From the IMG/VR virus record IMGVR_UViG_3300027762_000294, positions 11,469 to 75,468 of that record: 64,000 nt of DNA, one strand, 5' to 3'. The notes under the pieces were generated by a model. It saw nothing but the letters and a program-made list of their open reading frames with translations, was not told the origin of the DNA and made no database searches. Shown here in pieces: positions 1 through 8,707 of this stretch. Source of the stretch: a virus. Numbering within the stretch: position 1 is the stretch's first letter; every line of letters starts with the position of its first letter. A program made the translations under genes and the position numbers.

Positions 1-1
1 A

Positions 2-832
2 GGAGAACCGTTTATTTTATTCAGGGATAATGCGAATGATTTCGTTCCTAATAAAGTCACAACTAACCCGATCAACTTTGGGAATTTGTGCACAGAATTT
101 TTCGTTCCTCATTCCAGTCACAAGCCCGGGAAACCGGACCCAACATCGTTTTGTTTTTTAGGCTCCATTGTATTACCTAGTATGATGACCGCTCAAGGAT
201 ATATTGATTTTAATTTGTTAGAGGAGACGATTAAGAAAACTTTTTCAAAACTGAAAACGTTGTCGATTAATTTTTCGAGACAGACCAACACCCTTTATCC
301 CGTCGGCGTTGGTTTATGTGGGTTTTGGGACGCTTATTTTGTGTCAAATGAAATGTACACTCGCAGCACATTTACTATCGCTGTATTTGAGTTTATTCAC
401 CGCGTACTTCGTGATAATTATCCAGATCATTTCTTCAATTTCATGGTTGCCCCAACGTCGTCAGCTTCTCGCATCGCAAATGTATTGCCAGGAATAGATC
501 CCCCTTGGGGGGTTGTGGAGGAAACTGTCACAAACGACGGTCGCTTCACAAAGCCTAACCCATTAAGTAAGTCCGAAAAGTTTTTTACAGTTGATGAGTT
601 GAGTTTAGAAGAGCAAATTGCGTTAATGGCTATTCGAGAGCGATATGTGAACGGGGCAAGCAATACTCTTTATTTGAAAACTGAAGACCAAACAGTAGAG
701 AGAGTCAAGTGGGCAATTATGGAGTGTTGGCTAAAGGGAATTAAGAGTTTATACTATTGGCGATTGAAAACCGTTGTTGATGAGGATTTGTTTGACGACC
801 CTTTATGTACCGGCGGGGCTTGTGAGGTCTAA
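2..832 (+). CDS. nrdA: Ribonucleotide reductase class I alpha subunit, C-terminal part (5' truncated by window)
   Basis: Frame open from nt 2: GEPFILFRDNAN...NLCTE catalytic motif, APTSSAS, KSLYY tyrosine pair and C-terminal CxxxxC (LCTGGACEV). Confidence 0.93.
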   Translation, partial: GEPFILFRDNANDFVPNKVTTNPINFGNLCTEFFVPHSSHKPGKPDPTSFCFLGSIVLPSMMTAQGYIDFNLLEETIKKTFSKLKTLSINFSRQTNTLYPVGVGLCGFWDAYFVSNEMYTRSTFTIAVFEFIHRVLRDNYPDHFFNFMVAPTSSASRIANVLPGIDPPWGVVEETVTNDGRFTKPNPLSKSEKFFTVDELSLEEQIALMAIRERYVNGASNTLYLKTEDQTVERVKWAIMECWLKGIKSLYYWRLKTVVDEDLFDDPLCTGGACEV

Positions 833-1092
833 TGGAAATTTATGTGGACCGCCACGGCAAAGCGTGGAAAACAACATTGTTAAAGATCTCCAAGGCTGCT
901 AAAAAGAGATCGTTGTTAAACCTATCACTTTGGTTGAAAGATCGGGTCCCTGTCAGAACCGGGAGGTTACGGGACTCAATTGAACCTGATTACGCGAGGC
1001 GTTCTTTACGCATGGTGTATTACGGTCCCGAGGTTATTAGACGAAGGGGGTTGATGGGTCAATTAAGAATGGAGAGAGTGTATAATTTTTAA
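832..1092 (+). CDS. HK97 gp10-like neck/tail-completion protein (small, basic)
   Basis: PVRTGRLRDSI matches the PVxTGxLRxSI signature of the gp10-like family. Confidence 0.55.
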   Translation: MEIYVDRHGKAWKTTLLKISKAAKKRSLLNLSLWLKDRVPVRTGRLRDSIEPDYARRSLRMVYYGPEVIRRRGLMGQLRMERVYNF

Positions 1093-1133
1093 TCCAAGAA
1101 AACATAAACAAATTCTTCTTCCTTTTTTGGATT
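1091..1133. promoter_or_regulatory. Recurrent AATCCAAGAAAA...TTTTTTGGATT inverted motif
   Basis: Same motif recurs in other intergenic regions (8884, 15370, 41695, 45560, 50546 and others). Confidence 0.6.
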
Positions 1134-1158
1134 ATATTTCAACAATATCGAGGCAACT

Positions 1159-1824
1159 ATGAGAATTAAATTACCCGAAACCGTGTTTTCACTTTTGAAC
1201 TATGTGACGGCGTTGAGAATTAACAACGAGACTAAGCAATTAATCAACACTCATCGGTGGGGATTACAGGATTACTTCTATTTTAAGAGAATAGGACCGT
1301 TGATACCAGCACCTGTGAGTCTCAGTTTAACTATCCATATGCCAAACGATCGTTATAAAAGTGTCAACCCGTTTATTTTTTCAAAAACTTTGATTGACGT
1401 TTTGCAAGGTCGTCTTTACCGAAACGATAAAGATGTTTTTCACTTAGAAGTTCACATAGATGACACAACTGAGAACGAACTATATGTTGACATTGAGGGA
1501 AGTCCTTTCGTTCCTAAGAGTCATCGTTTGGATGGGTTAGATGTATTGCCGTTGTCACACACAGTAAATAAGTTGTATAAAGTGTCTGGAGGAGAACACC
1601 CTCATATTTATCGAGATCGGACGGTGTCTTATGGGAAAATTGATCTCCCGTTTTCAGACACAATTTATTTTTTATTCCCTGATACAGCTCGCCCAGATAT
1701 AGATAGCGTTCCTTATGTTTTTTGTGGGGACTGGAAAAACTATAACTTGCGTCATGTCTATGCTACTAAAGATTCTCAAGTTCCTCAGCATACGTTTTGT
1801 TATGGACTGAATAACCCATGTTGA
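1159..1824 (+). CDS. RusA-like Holliday junction resolvase, possibly two RusA-like halves
   Basis: PVSLSLTIHMP...KTLIDVLQGRLYRNDKDVFHLEV resembles the RusA KxxxDxL...DDxxV core; second half has TVNKLYK and RPDIDS. Confidence 0.55.
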   Translation: MRIKLPETVFSLLNYVTALRINNETKQLINTHRWGLQDYFYFKRIGPLIPAPVSLSLTIHMPNDRYKSVNPFIFSKTLIDVLQGRLYRNDKDVFHLEVHIDDTTENELYVDIEGSPFVPKSHRLDGLDVLPLSHTVNKLYKVSGGEHPHIYRDRTVSYGKIDLPFSDTIYFLFPDTARPDIDSVPYVFCGDWKNYNLRHVYATKDSQVPQHTFCYGLNNPC

Positions 1825-2129
1825 ATTTTACATATAGTCCTGCTGTGGGTAAACTATTGGATGCGTTTGACGATGAGCATCACAATTTACAAATTCTTTT
1901 TTCCAAAATCATCTTAGCAGTTACGGCTGGGTATCAAGATAGTTCACTACTACCAATTTGGTTGGAACTAAAAACTGTAGCAACTCAAATTATGGATGGG
2001 AATTTTGAAGATTCATTTACTCCTATGGCTGTTGCGATAGTTTATGACATGATTTTGTCTATGCAGGTGAAAAGCCCAGCCTTAGAATACATGTACACCT
2101 TGACGTCCGAGCCCGAGGGGTCTGTATGA
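1818..2129 (+). CDS. Hypothetical protein (acidic, 103 aa)
   Basis: ORF overlaps both neighbours in an operon-like arrangement. Confidence 0.65.
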   Translation: MLNFTYSPAVGKLLDAFDDEHHNLQILFSKIILAVTAGYQDSSLLPIWLELKTVATQIMDGNFEDSFTPMAVAIVYDMILSMQVKSPALEYMYTLTSEPEGSV

Positions 2130-3295
2130 AGTTTATACCCGTCTTATGTGATAACCCGCCTTATAATGTGATGATTGTGGGGGATGGTTTTGGGGATGTT
2201 GCAGTTTGTACACTTTGGAGCGAGCCCAGTCTAGTTTGGAAAATTTTACAGCACAAAGCCCCCGACATTGCCAAACGAATTTGCGTGTTGGGAATGTTGA
2301 GGGGTGTGGGATTACCGATCATAGAAAGCAACTTGTTGTACAACCCTCAAATCAAGTATTTATTGGTTTGTGGGACTAACATGGGAAAACTCACAGAAAA
2401 AGATTTTGAAAGTTTACCGGTAGAAACAATATTCATAGGAGAGTTGTCAATGTTGAATGTGCCTATGTTGAGACCGTTACAGGACAGCGATGAACCTAGA
2501 GTTAATAAAGTCCCTTTTGGGAATTATGAAGTAAAGGAACGGGATCATAACATCCCTGGACATTTAATAAGAGGGGATAACATTCGTGTTGTTTTGACTG
2601 AATTGAACAACTTGATAGTTAAATTTGGGACTCGAGAAACCAATGATAAAGGTGAGTTGAGGTTTGAAGTTTCAAATGTGACAACAGTGATTAAAAGCCC
2701 TGAATCAAATTTGAAATTTACAGATTATCACCTAAACTTAATGAGTAAACATGTACCGGATGGGATTAAATATACATACGGTAATAGATTGGGTGGTTTT
2801 ATCCAGCAAGTTACCACAACCTTGAAGGATAACCCACGTAGTAGGAAGTCGTTTCATTCATTGTGGAATAATTTTGTAGACGGGAAAGATAGTTCACCAT
2901 GTTTAGTGTCGCTGATGTTTGTGATAAGAAACTCTAAATTGAGGTTAACCGCTGTATTCAGGACCCATAATTTAAACATGGCTTACGAATACAATGTCAG
3001 CGGACTAAGTTTTCTTATGGAGCAGGTAGCCAACGGTGTGGGGGTAGAGGTAGGAGAGTTGATTATAACGTCCTTGGTTTTGACTTCACAGGTCCCTCTA
3101 CAGTATATCAAACCAAAGGGGTATGTTATGGATCCCGCAGATAGTCTAGTTGTTTCCGGTAAATATCACGCTACTGGAAACCGCGGGAGATTTACTGCAG
3201 ATTCGGCAAGTGAATTAATCCAAAAGTTAGAAGCTGCGGGAAGTGTATCTACTATTGGGCATGTTATATATTTACTTAATGAATTGGGAGTATAA
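2126..3295 (+). CDS. Thymidylate synthase-family protein fused to N-terminal MtrA-like and C-terminal DUF4346-like domains
   Basis: TS motifs YTYGNRL, SRK, SPCL (catalytic Cys), FRTHN...AYEYN; N-terminal VAVCTLWS...NLLYNPQIKYLLVCG; C-terminal MDPA...GHVIYLLNEL. Confidence 0.8.
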   Translation: MKFIPVLCDNPPYNVMIVGDGFGDVAVCTLWSEPSLVWKILQHKAPDIAKRICVLGMLRGVGLPIIESNLLYNPQIKYLLVCGTNMGKLTEKDFESLPVETIFIGELSMLNVPMLRPLQDSDEPRVNKVPFGNYEVKERDHNIPGHLIRGDNIRVVLTELNNLIVKFGTRETNDKGELRFEVSNVTTVIKSPESNLKFTDYHLNLMSKHVPDGIKYTYGNRLGGFIQQVTTTLKDNPRSRKSFHSLWNNFVDGKDSSPCLVSLMFVIRNSKLRLTAVFRTHNLNMAYEYNVSGLSFLMEQVANGVGVEVGELIITSLVLTSQVPLQYIKPKGYVMDPADSLVVSGKYHATGNRGRFTADSASELIQKLEAAGSVSTIGHVIYLLNELGV

Positions 3296-3297
3296 AT

Positions 3298-4125
3298 ATG
3301 GGGATACTCAAACCATTTACAAGGTGGGGTGGGGGAAAAACAATGTGGATGAAGCAAATTGTACCTTACTTCCCGCCAAAAATTAATTATTACATAGAAC
3401 CGTTTGTTGGGGCGGGAGGATCCTTACTTTACGTGATTGAAAATTATCATCCTGATAGAGTGTGTATTTCAGATTTAAATGCTGATTTAATTAGATGTTA
3501 TGAGGTTATTCGAGACACGCCTACTGAGTTATGTGAGGTGTTGGAGTGGTGGCAAAATTTTGAAATGGATAAGGATAGTTTCTTAAATTTACGTAAACTA
3601 TTTAACGATCGCAACTCATCTAAAATTGAGATGGCGGCTTACGTCATCGTATTAGGACGCAGAAGTTATTATGGTTTACTGCGTATAAATAAAGAAGGGT
3701 TGTATACAAATACATACGGCGATGCGAAAAACTATAAATTATATAGTTCTGTGAATATACATGGGCTTTCTAAGTTGTTTCAAAACATTGATATAACCCA
3801 CGGGTCTTACAAAGATTGTTTGACAAATATAGATCCCAACAGTTTCATTTATTTTGACCCACCCTATAGACCCACAAGTAAAACTGCTAAGTTCACAAGC
3901 TACAATAAAGAACCTTTTTTAATCAATGAACAAATTGAACTAGCAGAATTTTGTCTTGCCTTAGATTGTGATTGGGCAGTTAGCAATTCCTATATAAATG
4001 AGGATGACGATTTTTATCAAACTAATTACAAAGACTGTAAAATTAACATTATCGAGGTTTTTAGGGGACATGGTACGGGTCTTAAGCGTATGAAAGAGGT
4101 TGTTATTACCCCTAAGTATAGGTAG
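3298..4125 (+). CDS. dam: Dam-family N6-adenine DNA methyltransferase
   Basis: KPFTRWGGGK, YIEPFVGAGG (motif I), SDLN, FIYFDPPY (motif IV). Confidence 0.93.
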   Translation: MGILKPFTRWGGGKTMWMKQIVPYFPPKINYYIEPFVGAGGSLLYVIENYHPDRVCISDLNADLIRCYEVIRDTPTELCEVLEWWQNFEMDKDSFLNLRKLFNDRNSSKIEMAAYVIVLGRRSYYGLLRINKEGLYTNTYGDAKNYKLYSSVNIHGLSKLFQNIDITHGSYKDCLTNIDPNSFIYFDPPYRPTSKTAKFTSYNKEPFLINEQIELAEFCLALDCDWAVSNSYINEDDDFYQTNYKDCKINIIEVFRGHGTGLKRMKEVVITPKYR

Positions 4126-4132
4126 GTTGTTA

Positions 4133-4162
4133 TTGACTTTTGATTTAAAGCTATGATACAAT
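4133..4162 (+). promoter_or_regulatory. Sigma70-type promoter TTGACT-N18-TACAAT with extended -10 TG
   Basis: Consensus-like hexamers directly upstream of the L,D-transpeptidase RBS. Confidence 0.55.
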
Positions 4163-4194
4163 GGTTTCATCTTAACAAACGAGGTAACAACAAA

Positions 4195-4764
4195 ATGAAA
4201 TACCATATTATATGGGCAATGATATCGGCAATGCTATTTAGTGTAAGTGTTAACGCAGGGATCTCAGGAATTGCTGATGATGTTCCCCCGGGCATCTACC
4301 GGCTTTTGATAGATATAGACAAGCAACGGATGTATGTCGAGTTTGACCGCGTGATCATTAACGACTTCCCGGTGTCTACAGGTAAGGGAGGAACTAGCGA
4401 TCGTCATGGTAGTCATGGCACGCCTACAGGCGTGTTTCAGATTAAGCAAAAGGTTGGGGCGGGTGCCAAAATTTTAACCCGGTTTAAAGGGTTGAAAAAT
4501 GTGGGTATGGCAAAGCTAAATCAACCCGGGGATGCTATTACAACACGGGTAATGACTTTAAAGGACGCCCCTGGCAACCGTAGTAATGTCGAATCACGGC
4601 GTATTTATATTCACGGCACTTCAGATGAACTCAATATTGGAAAACCAGTTTCAATGGGTTGCATACGAATGTTAAACAAGGATGTTGTTTGGTTATTTGA
4701 CCGTGTTAAAGTTGGCACCACCGTGATCATTCAACAGAGTGTAATTGTAGAGGGGGTCGGATGA
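4195..4764 (+). CDS. L,D-transpeptidase (YkuD family) with signal peptide
   Basis: FPVSTG, GTPTG, IYIHGT...SMGCIRM catalytic His/Cys; start moved to MKYHIIW after GAGGT RBS; hydrophobic N-terminus ending VNA. Confidence 0.9.
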   Translation: MKYHIIWAMISAMLFSVSVNAGISGIADDVPPGIYRLLIDIDKQRMYVEFDRVIINDFPVSTGKGGTSDRHGSHGTPTGVFQIKQKVGAGAKILTRFKGLKNVGMAKLNQPGDAITTRVMTLKDAPGNRSNVESRRIYIHGTSDELNIGKPVSMGCIRMLNKDVVWLFDRVKVGTTVIIQQSVIVEGVG

Positions 4765-5873
4765 GAGGGTTCTTAGGACTTGTATTGTTGTTTATGACAC
4801 TCAACTCATATGGGGTTGGACCTCCTTTTAAGTTAGTAGATACTGTCAGTGACGATTTTTATGAAATATCTTCTGTTTGCTTGGATTTGTTAGGGTTTAA
4901 CGGTCCCACTAACCCTAATTATGATATAGCCCCTTTGTTTAACGAAATACGACACTTAGAGCAGGAAGTTCTAAGCAAATATGTTACACGTGAACCAGGT
5001 ATAGAAATGTTGAGGTTAAAGTTGGCTTGTTGGGCAATTGAACACGAACTTGTTGTTAGTAGACAAAATTGGGAGCATATAGTAGGATTAATTCATCAGG
5101 AGAGTCTCAACCGTACTACAGCTGTATCTAGGGTTGGCGCTATGGGATTGACTCAAGTGATGCCAGGTACCCACTTCAGCTATTGTCAAACAGACAATGA
5201 GTATAAGAAAACTAAGAAGTGGACTATCCAACAATACAAGGTAGAGTTGTTGTTGCATACCGTAAACAAGGAGAGACCGAAATATGTGGGAACTGGTAAA
5301 AATCGTAAGGTATATAAGATCCCAAAAGATTTTACAGTGTTGAAAGGTGATTACAAGCTGAAGGTTGCACAGTGCGGTGTATATTATTTACTGCGTATTT
5401 TGCCTAGAGAGATCACCATTATGCCCAATTCATCACATCTTTCTGCTGCGTTTAACGGTGGACCTGGCAAAGCAAAGTTTGTATTACTCAATGGTGATTG
5501 GACGGCTTTACATGATGAAACAGTCAACTACGTTATAAAAGTTAAGGAACATACAGCTCGTTTAACCGATAATGTCCCGACATTATCGGGCATGAAAGGG
5601 ATGGCGCAAGACGGTTATTTTGCAGAACTTAACCGGTTGGGTACCGTTGATCACCCGTATAAACCATGGTATACACGGTTTATGTGTAACCCAAATCCAA
5701 ATACATACAGGGAGTTCATAAGGAATTATGGAATTGATAACCCGTTTATGGTACATATAGGAAACGATCCGTTTTTGCATAGTAATCACGTAAATTGTTT
5801 ACAAGAATCATCGACATTGGCATGCAGTGTGTTGAGGGAAGCGATGAAATCAGGGAACCCGGTATGTAAATAA
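4761..5873 (+). CDS. Exported SLT-family lytic transglycosylase
   Basis: IHQES (catalytic Glu), GAMGLTQVMPGT, AAFNGGPG, ETVNYVIKV; N-terminal signal peptide. Confidence 0.9.
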   Translation: MRGFLGLVLLFMTLNSYGVGPPFKLVDTVSDDFYEISSVCLDLLGFNGPTNPNYDIAPLFNEIRHLEQEVLSKYVTREPGIEMLRLKLACWAIEHELVVSRQNWEHIVGLIHQESLNRTTAVSRVGAMGLTQVMPGTHFSYCQTDNEYKKTKKWTIQQYKVELLLHTVNKERPKYVGTGKNRKVYKIPKDFTVLKGDYKLKVAQCGVYYLLRILPREITIMPNSSHLSAAFNGGPGKAKFVLLNGDWTALHDETVNYVIKVKEHTARLTDNVPTLSGMKGMAQDGYFAELNRLGTVDHPYKPWYTRFMCNPNPNTYREFIRNYGIDNPFMVHIGNDPFLHSNHVNCLQESSTLACSVLREAMKSGNPVCK

Positions 5874-5883
5874 GCACTAACAA

Positions 5884-5905
5884 CCTGCCCCGCCTAAGGG
5901 GCAGG
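5884..5905 (+). other. GC-rich hairpin between stop codon and next RBS
   Basis: CCTGCCCC-GCCTAA-GGGGCAGG, no following U-tract; preceded by CAAC. Confidence 0.6.
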
Positions 5906-5916
5906 AGAAAAGGACC

Positions 5917-6081
5917 ATGATACTAAACTCGGTAATCCTACCCCTAATTATAGCATACTTGATAATTAGGTTTAAAATGTTCTTGACTTTGTTTGGTTTA
6001 TTAGCTATAATTTCTTTGTATATTCAAGGAGGAATTGAACTGTGTGGTTTCCTAAATTTTCTACCCTGGAACTTATTTTAA
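5917..6081 (+). CDS. Small membrane protein (54 aa, not in ORF track)
   Basis: MILNSVILPLIIAYLIIRFKMFLTLFGLLAIISLYIQGG...; AGGA upstream. Confidence 0.45.
   Translation: MILNSVILPLIIAYLIIRFKMFLTLFGLLAIISLYIQGGIELCGFLNFLPWNLF
5983..6011 (+). promoter_or_regulatory. Sigma70 promoter TTGACT-N17-TATAAT
   Basis: Same hexamers and 17-nt spacing as the three early promoters at 61.5-63.5 kb. Confidence 0.65.
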
Positions 6082-6125
6082 TTTTAATTGTGGTGATACT
6101 CATCATCTAACATAATAGAGGTCAA

Positions 6126-6764
6126 TTGTATATGTATGACAGAGCAGAGCTTGCGTTATTCGGGCATAGTCATTATCGTCATCTGGATAAACCCTTTTTC
6201 TCATTAGGAGAGATATTAACTACTTGTTATTGGCGGGGTAGTGTTGAGGATGCCTTAAATAAGATTGACTCAGAAAACGTAATGTGCTTACCTGGACTAA
6301 AGTGGTATGTTAGTGTAGAGGGCGTTATTGAGTTAGCACATTCATCTTCAAATTTGCGGTTAAACCTCTTTGAATATCGCACTATGTCCAACGTAGATTC
6401 TCTAGGGGTTGAAATTATGTTGTGGGATATTTTTAAGAAAGCGTTCCCTTATTTCAAATTTGTCCTTCACCCGTCCCCCGAGATGGGATTACCTGACATA
6501 ATGTGCTCGTATCAAGGAAAAGATGTTGTGGGGATTGTATTCCTGAAGCATCACCTTGACGCCTCTCTAGTGTTTTTTCGTGAAAAGGCAATCCGCGAGC
6601 GGTTTTCGGATATTGAGGTAGATAAGTTACACTTATATGAAGCCTCTCTGGATTTTTACTTAACACAATACTTGAGAAATGTTGCGTTTGTCCTGTCTAA
6701 ACGAATCAACATGAGTTACGATGAGTTTTTCAAAACCCATTTAAGATTGGAGGCAATATGTTAA
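6126..6764 (+). CDS. BRO-N-like DNA-binding protein with possible degenerate nuclease-like C-terminus
   Basis: PFFSLGEILTTCYW...ALNKIDSEN...WYVSVEGVIELAHSS resembles BRO-N. Confidence 0.5.
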   Translation: MYMYDRAELALFGHSHYRHLDKPFFSLGEILTTCYWRGSVEDALNKIDSENVMCLPGLKWYVSVEGVIELAHSSSNLRLNLFEYRTMSNVDSLGVEIMLWDIFKKAFPYFKFVLHPSPEMGLPDIMCSYQGKDVVGIVFLKHHLDASLVFFREKAIRERFSDIEVDKLHLYEASLDFYLTQYLRNVAFVLSKRINMSYDEFFKTHLRLEAIC

Positions 6765-7012
6765 ATTTTAAAACAAACGATGTTCGGTTGATTATGATTT
6801 CTATCCTGATAATGGTTGTGAGTTTTTTGTCTGCTATCTCAATACCCATATGGGTAGTTTTTTTTCTTGGAATAGTTTTAATTTTTGGTATGGCGATGGG
6901 TATGTTATTTATGGTAGAAAAACCCCATCCGGTAACACTCGGCGCTGTCATTACTGCGATGATGTTTGTAACAAACATGATTGTTTCATTACTAATCCCA
7001 GCCTTTAGTTAA
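6758..7012 (+). CDS. Membrane protein (about 3 TM segments)
   Basis: 84 aa, almost entirely hydrophobic. Confidence 0.7.
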   Translation: MLNFKTNDVRLIMISILIMVVSFLSAISIPIWVVFFLGIVLIFGMAMGMLFMVEKPHPVTLGAVITAMMFVTNMIVSLLIPAFS

Positions 7013-7021
7013 ACCCTTCAA

Positions 7022-7041
7022 CTGCCGGCTTAAGCCGGCAG
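7022..7041 (+). other. Perfect palindromic hairpin overlapping the next RBS
   Basis: CTGCCGGCTTAAGCCGGCAG preceded by TCAA; AGGAGG begins in its 3' arm. Confidence 0.6.
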
Positions 7042-7051
7042 GAGGTAAAAT

Positions 7052-7405
7052 ATGTTAGAATTAGTGTTGCTTATTGCATTGCACGTTCCTGCCAACACGA
7101 TATACGATACCCAAAATAACACGAATGCGCAAAATATGATCGCAATTCGTCGTATGATTGGAAAACTACACAGTTGTTTGAAGAATCCCAAATGTCCATA
7201 TTTGCATCAAGCTAGATTGTTCAACATTTTTGACGGTAACCCCACACCGACGTCATGGCGTGTGTTTGTGGCTTCTGCAACTAGGGGAGCCCCTAACAAT
7301 TTGGTAAAGGCAATACGCAAATGTGATGAGTTAAAAGCCGAATATACCGGTTGTCTCAATGGAGGTGTGCAGCAATGCGACACATTGCAAAAAGGGCTCT
7401 ACTAA
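7052..7405 (+). CDS. Exported Cys-containing hypothetical protein
   Basis: Strong RBS, hydrophobic N-terminus, several cysteines. Confidence 0.7.
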   Translation: MLELVLLIALHVPANTIYDTQNNTNAQNMIAIRRMIGKLHSCLKNPKCPYLHQARLFNIFDGNPTPTSWRVFVASATRGAPNNLVKAIRKCDELKAEYTGCLNGGVQQCDTLQKGLY

Positions 7406-7965
7406 TCTTCATCATTTTGCAAACATCTTGTACGGTAGTTGTTTCAAATAAGGAACAGCTACCTCCTATAGAACCCTTGTATCAAGAGCATGTAGAATGT
7501 GTTTTTAACTCAATACAAGCGGTCCTTCCTAATGTACGGGCAAGGATGGTTGTTGATGGTAGTGGACAAATGGGAAGTCAAGTAAGAGTAAATGAGCGCT
7601 TGATAATTATTAACCGGGGATTGATACACAAACCCGTGAATCAGTTAGCCGGGGTTATAGCTCACGAATTTGCACATTTAGCCATGCGTGATGAAAAGTT
7701 CTTGTCCGATTACTCGGGTTTATATGGGCGTAGGTTAAATGAGTTGTGGGCTGACAAACTGGCTGTGATGATAGTTCAGTGGGCGGGGTTTGACCCTTAT
7801 GGGCTTAGTGACTACATTACTAGCTGGGGTCCTGATTCAATCCCTGAATTCGCATCTACACATCCATCTAATATGAGGAGGGTACAGAATATACATTTTA
7901 AGATAGGGCAGGTTAAAGTGCCTGTTATTCGACAACATAACTGCGGGAGCTTAAATGACTTTTGA
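7375..7965 (+). CDS. M48-family zinc metallopeptidase (BepA/LoiP-like), possibly a lipoprotein
   Basis: AGVIAHEFAH (HExxH), ELWADKLA, AGFDP, STHPSNMRRV; start at MRHIAK after GGAGG; signal peptide ending TSC. Confidence 0.85.
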   Translation: MRHIAKRALLIFIILQTSCTVVVSNKEQLPPIEPLYQEHVECVFNSIQAVLPNVRARMVVDGSGQMGSQVRVNERLIIINRGLIHKPVNQLAGVIAHEFAHLAMRDEKFLSDYSGLYGRRLNELWADKLAVMIVQWAGFDPYGLSDYITSWGPDSIPEFASTHPSNMRRVQNIHFKIGQVKVPVIRQHNCGSLNDF

Positions 7966-8167
7966 ACAATTTCATTATTACAGTCACCTTTGGGTGACCG
8001 TATTTATACTTGTGGTAACCCTTTTTGGCGTTGGGAAGACGATTATAACAAGGAAAGAATATGTTTACCCACAATGGTTGGGTGTTGCAAATGGAATAGC
8101 GTCATTATATGCTATCGTTTTACTGTGGATGGCATTGCCTATGATAGCACAGGTTTATGGATTATGA
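7955..8167 (+). CDS. Two-TM membrane protein
   Basis: Two hydrophobic segments; overlaps both neighbours. Confidence 0.65.
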   Translation: MTFEQFHYYSHLWVTVFILVVTLFGVGKTIITRKEYVYPQWLGVANGIASLYAIVLLWMALPMIAQVYGL

Positions 8168-8559
8168 TCTACAATAATCAAGAAACAGGGGGGAGATTTA
8201 AACTCACAGAACACCATAACTCGGGGGATATAAAGCCTGTCCAGATTTTTGACAACGGCTCCTTTAACATTTTAGGAGACCCCATAGAACCTGTATATGC
8301 CCAGGTTAGGGTATTTGTCCTGTTTACCCCAAGTTGGCAAGTAGACAGTTATAGTGCGCTACATGACCCTCAATCAGGATTGTTTTTCATGACAGAGCGG
8401 ATGAGGTCTGTTGGAGATGGGACTAACAGCGCCTCTATATTTACCGCGGCTGTAAATGGGGAAGAGGTCATGCTTCAACCCTTACACTTTGATATACACG
8501 GATTTCTAATTTTAGGAGGAATAACCGATGAGCTATCAAGCGTTATCAGATTTAATTGA
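8164..8559 (+). CDS. Hypothetical protein (131 aa; start MIYNNQ)
   Basis: ATGA overlap with upstream stop suggests this start rather than 7990. Confidence 0.6.
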   Translation: MIYNNQETGGRFKLTEHHNSGDIKPVQIFDNGSFNILGDPIEPVYAQVRVFVLFTPSWQVDSYSALHDPQSGLFFMTERMRSVGDGTNSASIFTAAVNGEEVMLQPLHFDIHGFLILGGITDELSSVIRFN

Positions 8560-8707
8560 CCAACTTCTATACACCTTAACTGTGTTGATTGAACAATCGA
8601 TTAGTTATGTTGATGAAGGTGAGCTCAATCTTGAGGATTTTAGACTGCTGCTGTTAGAGGGTCTTACAAATTTAAAGAATGATGTTAAGCGAGAGGTATT
8701 ACAATGA
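8528..8707 (+). CDS. Small acidic helical protein (59 aa, not in ORF track)
   Basis: AGGAGG upstream; MSYQALSDLIDQLLYTL...; ATGA-coupled to next ORF. Confidence 0.6.
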   Translation: MSYQALSDLIDQLLYTLTVLIEQSISYVDEGELNLEDFRLLLLEGLTNLKNDVKREVLQ

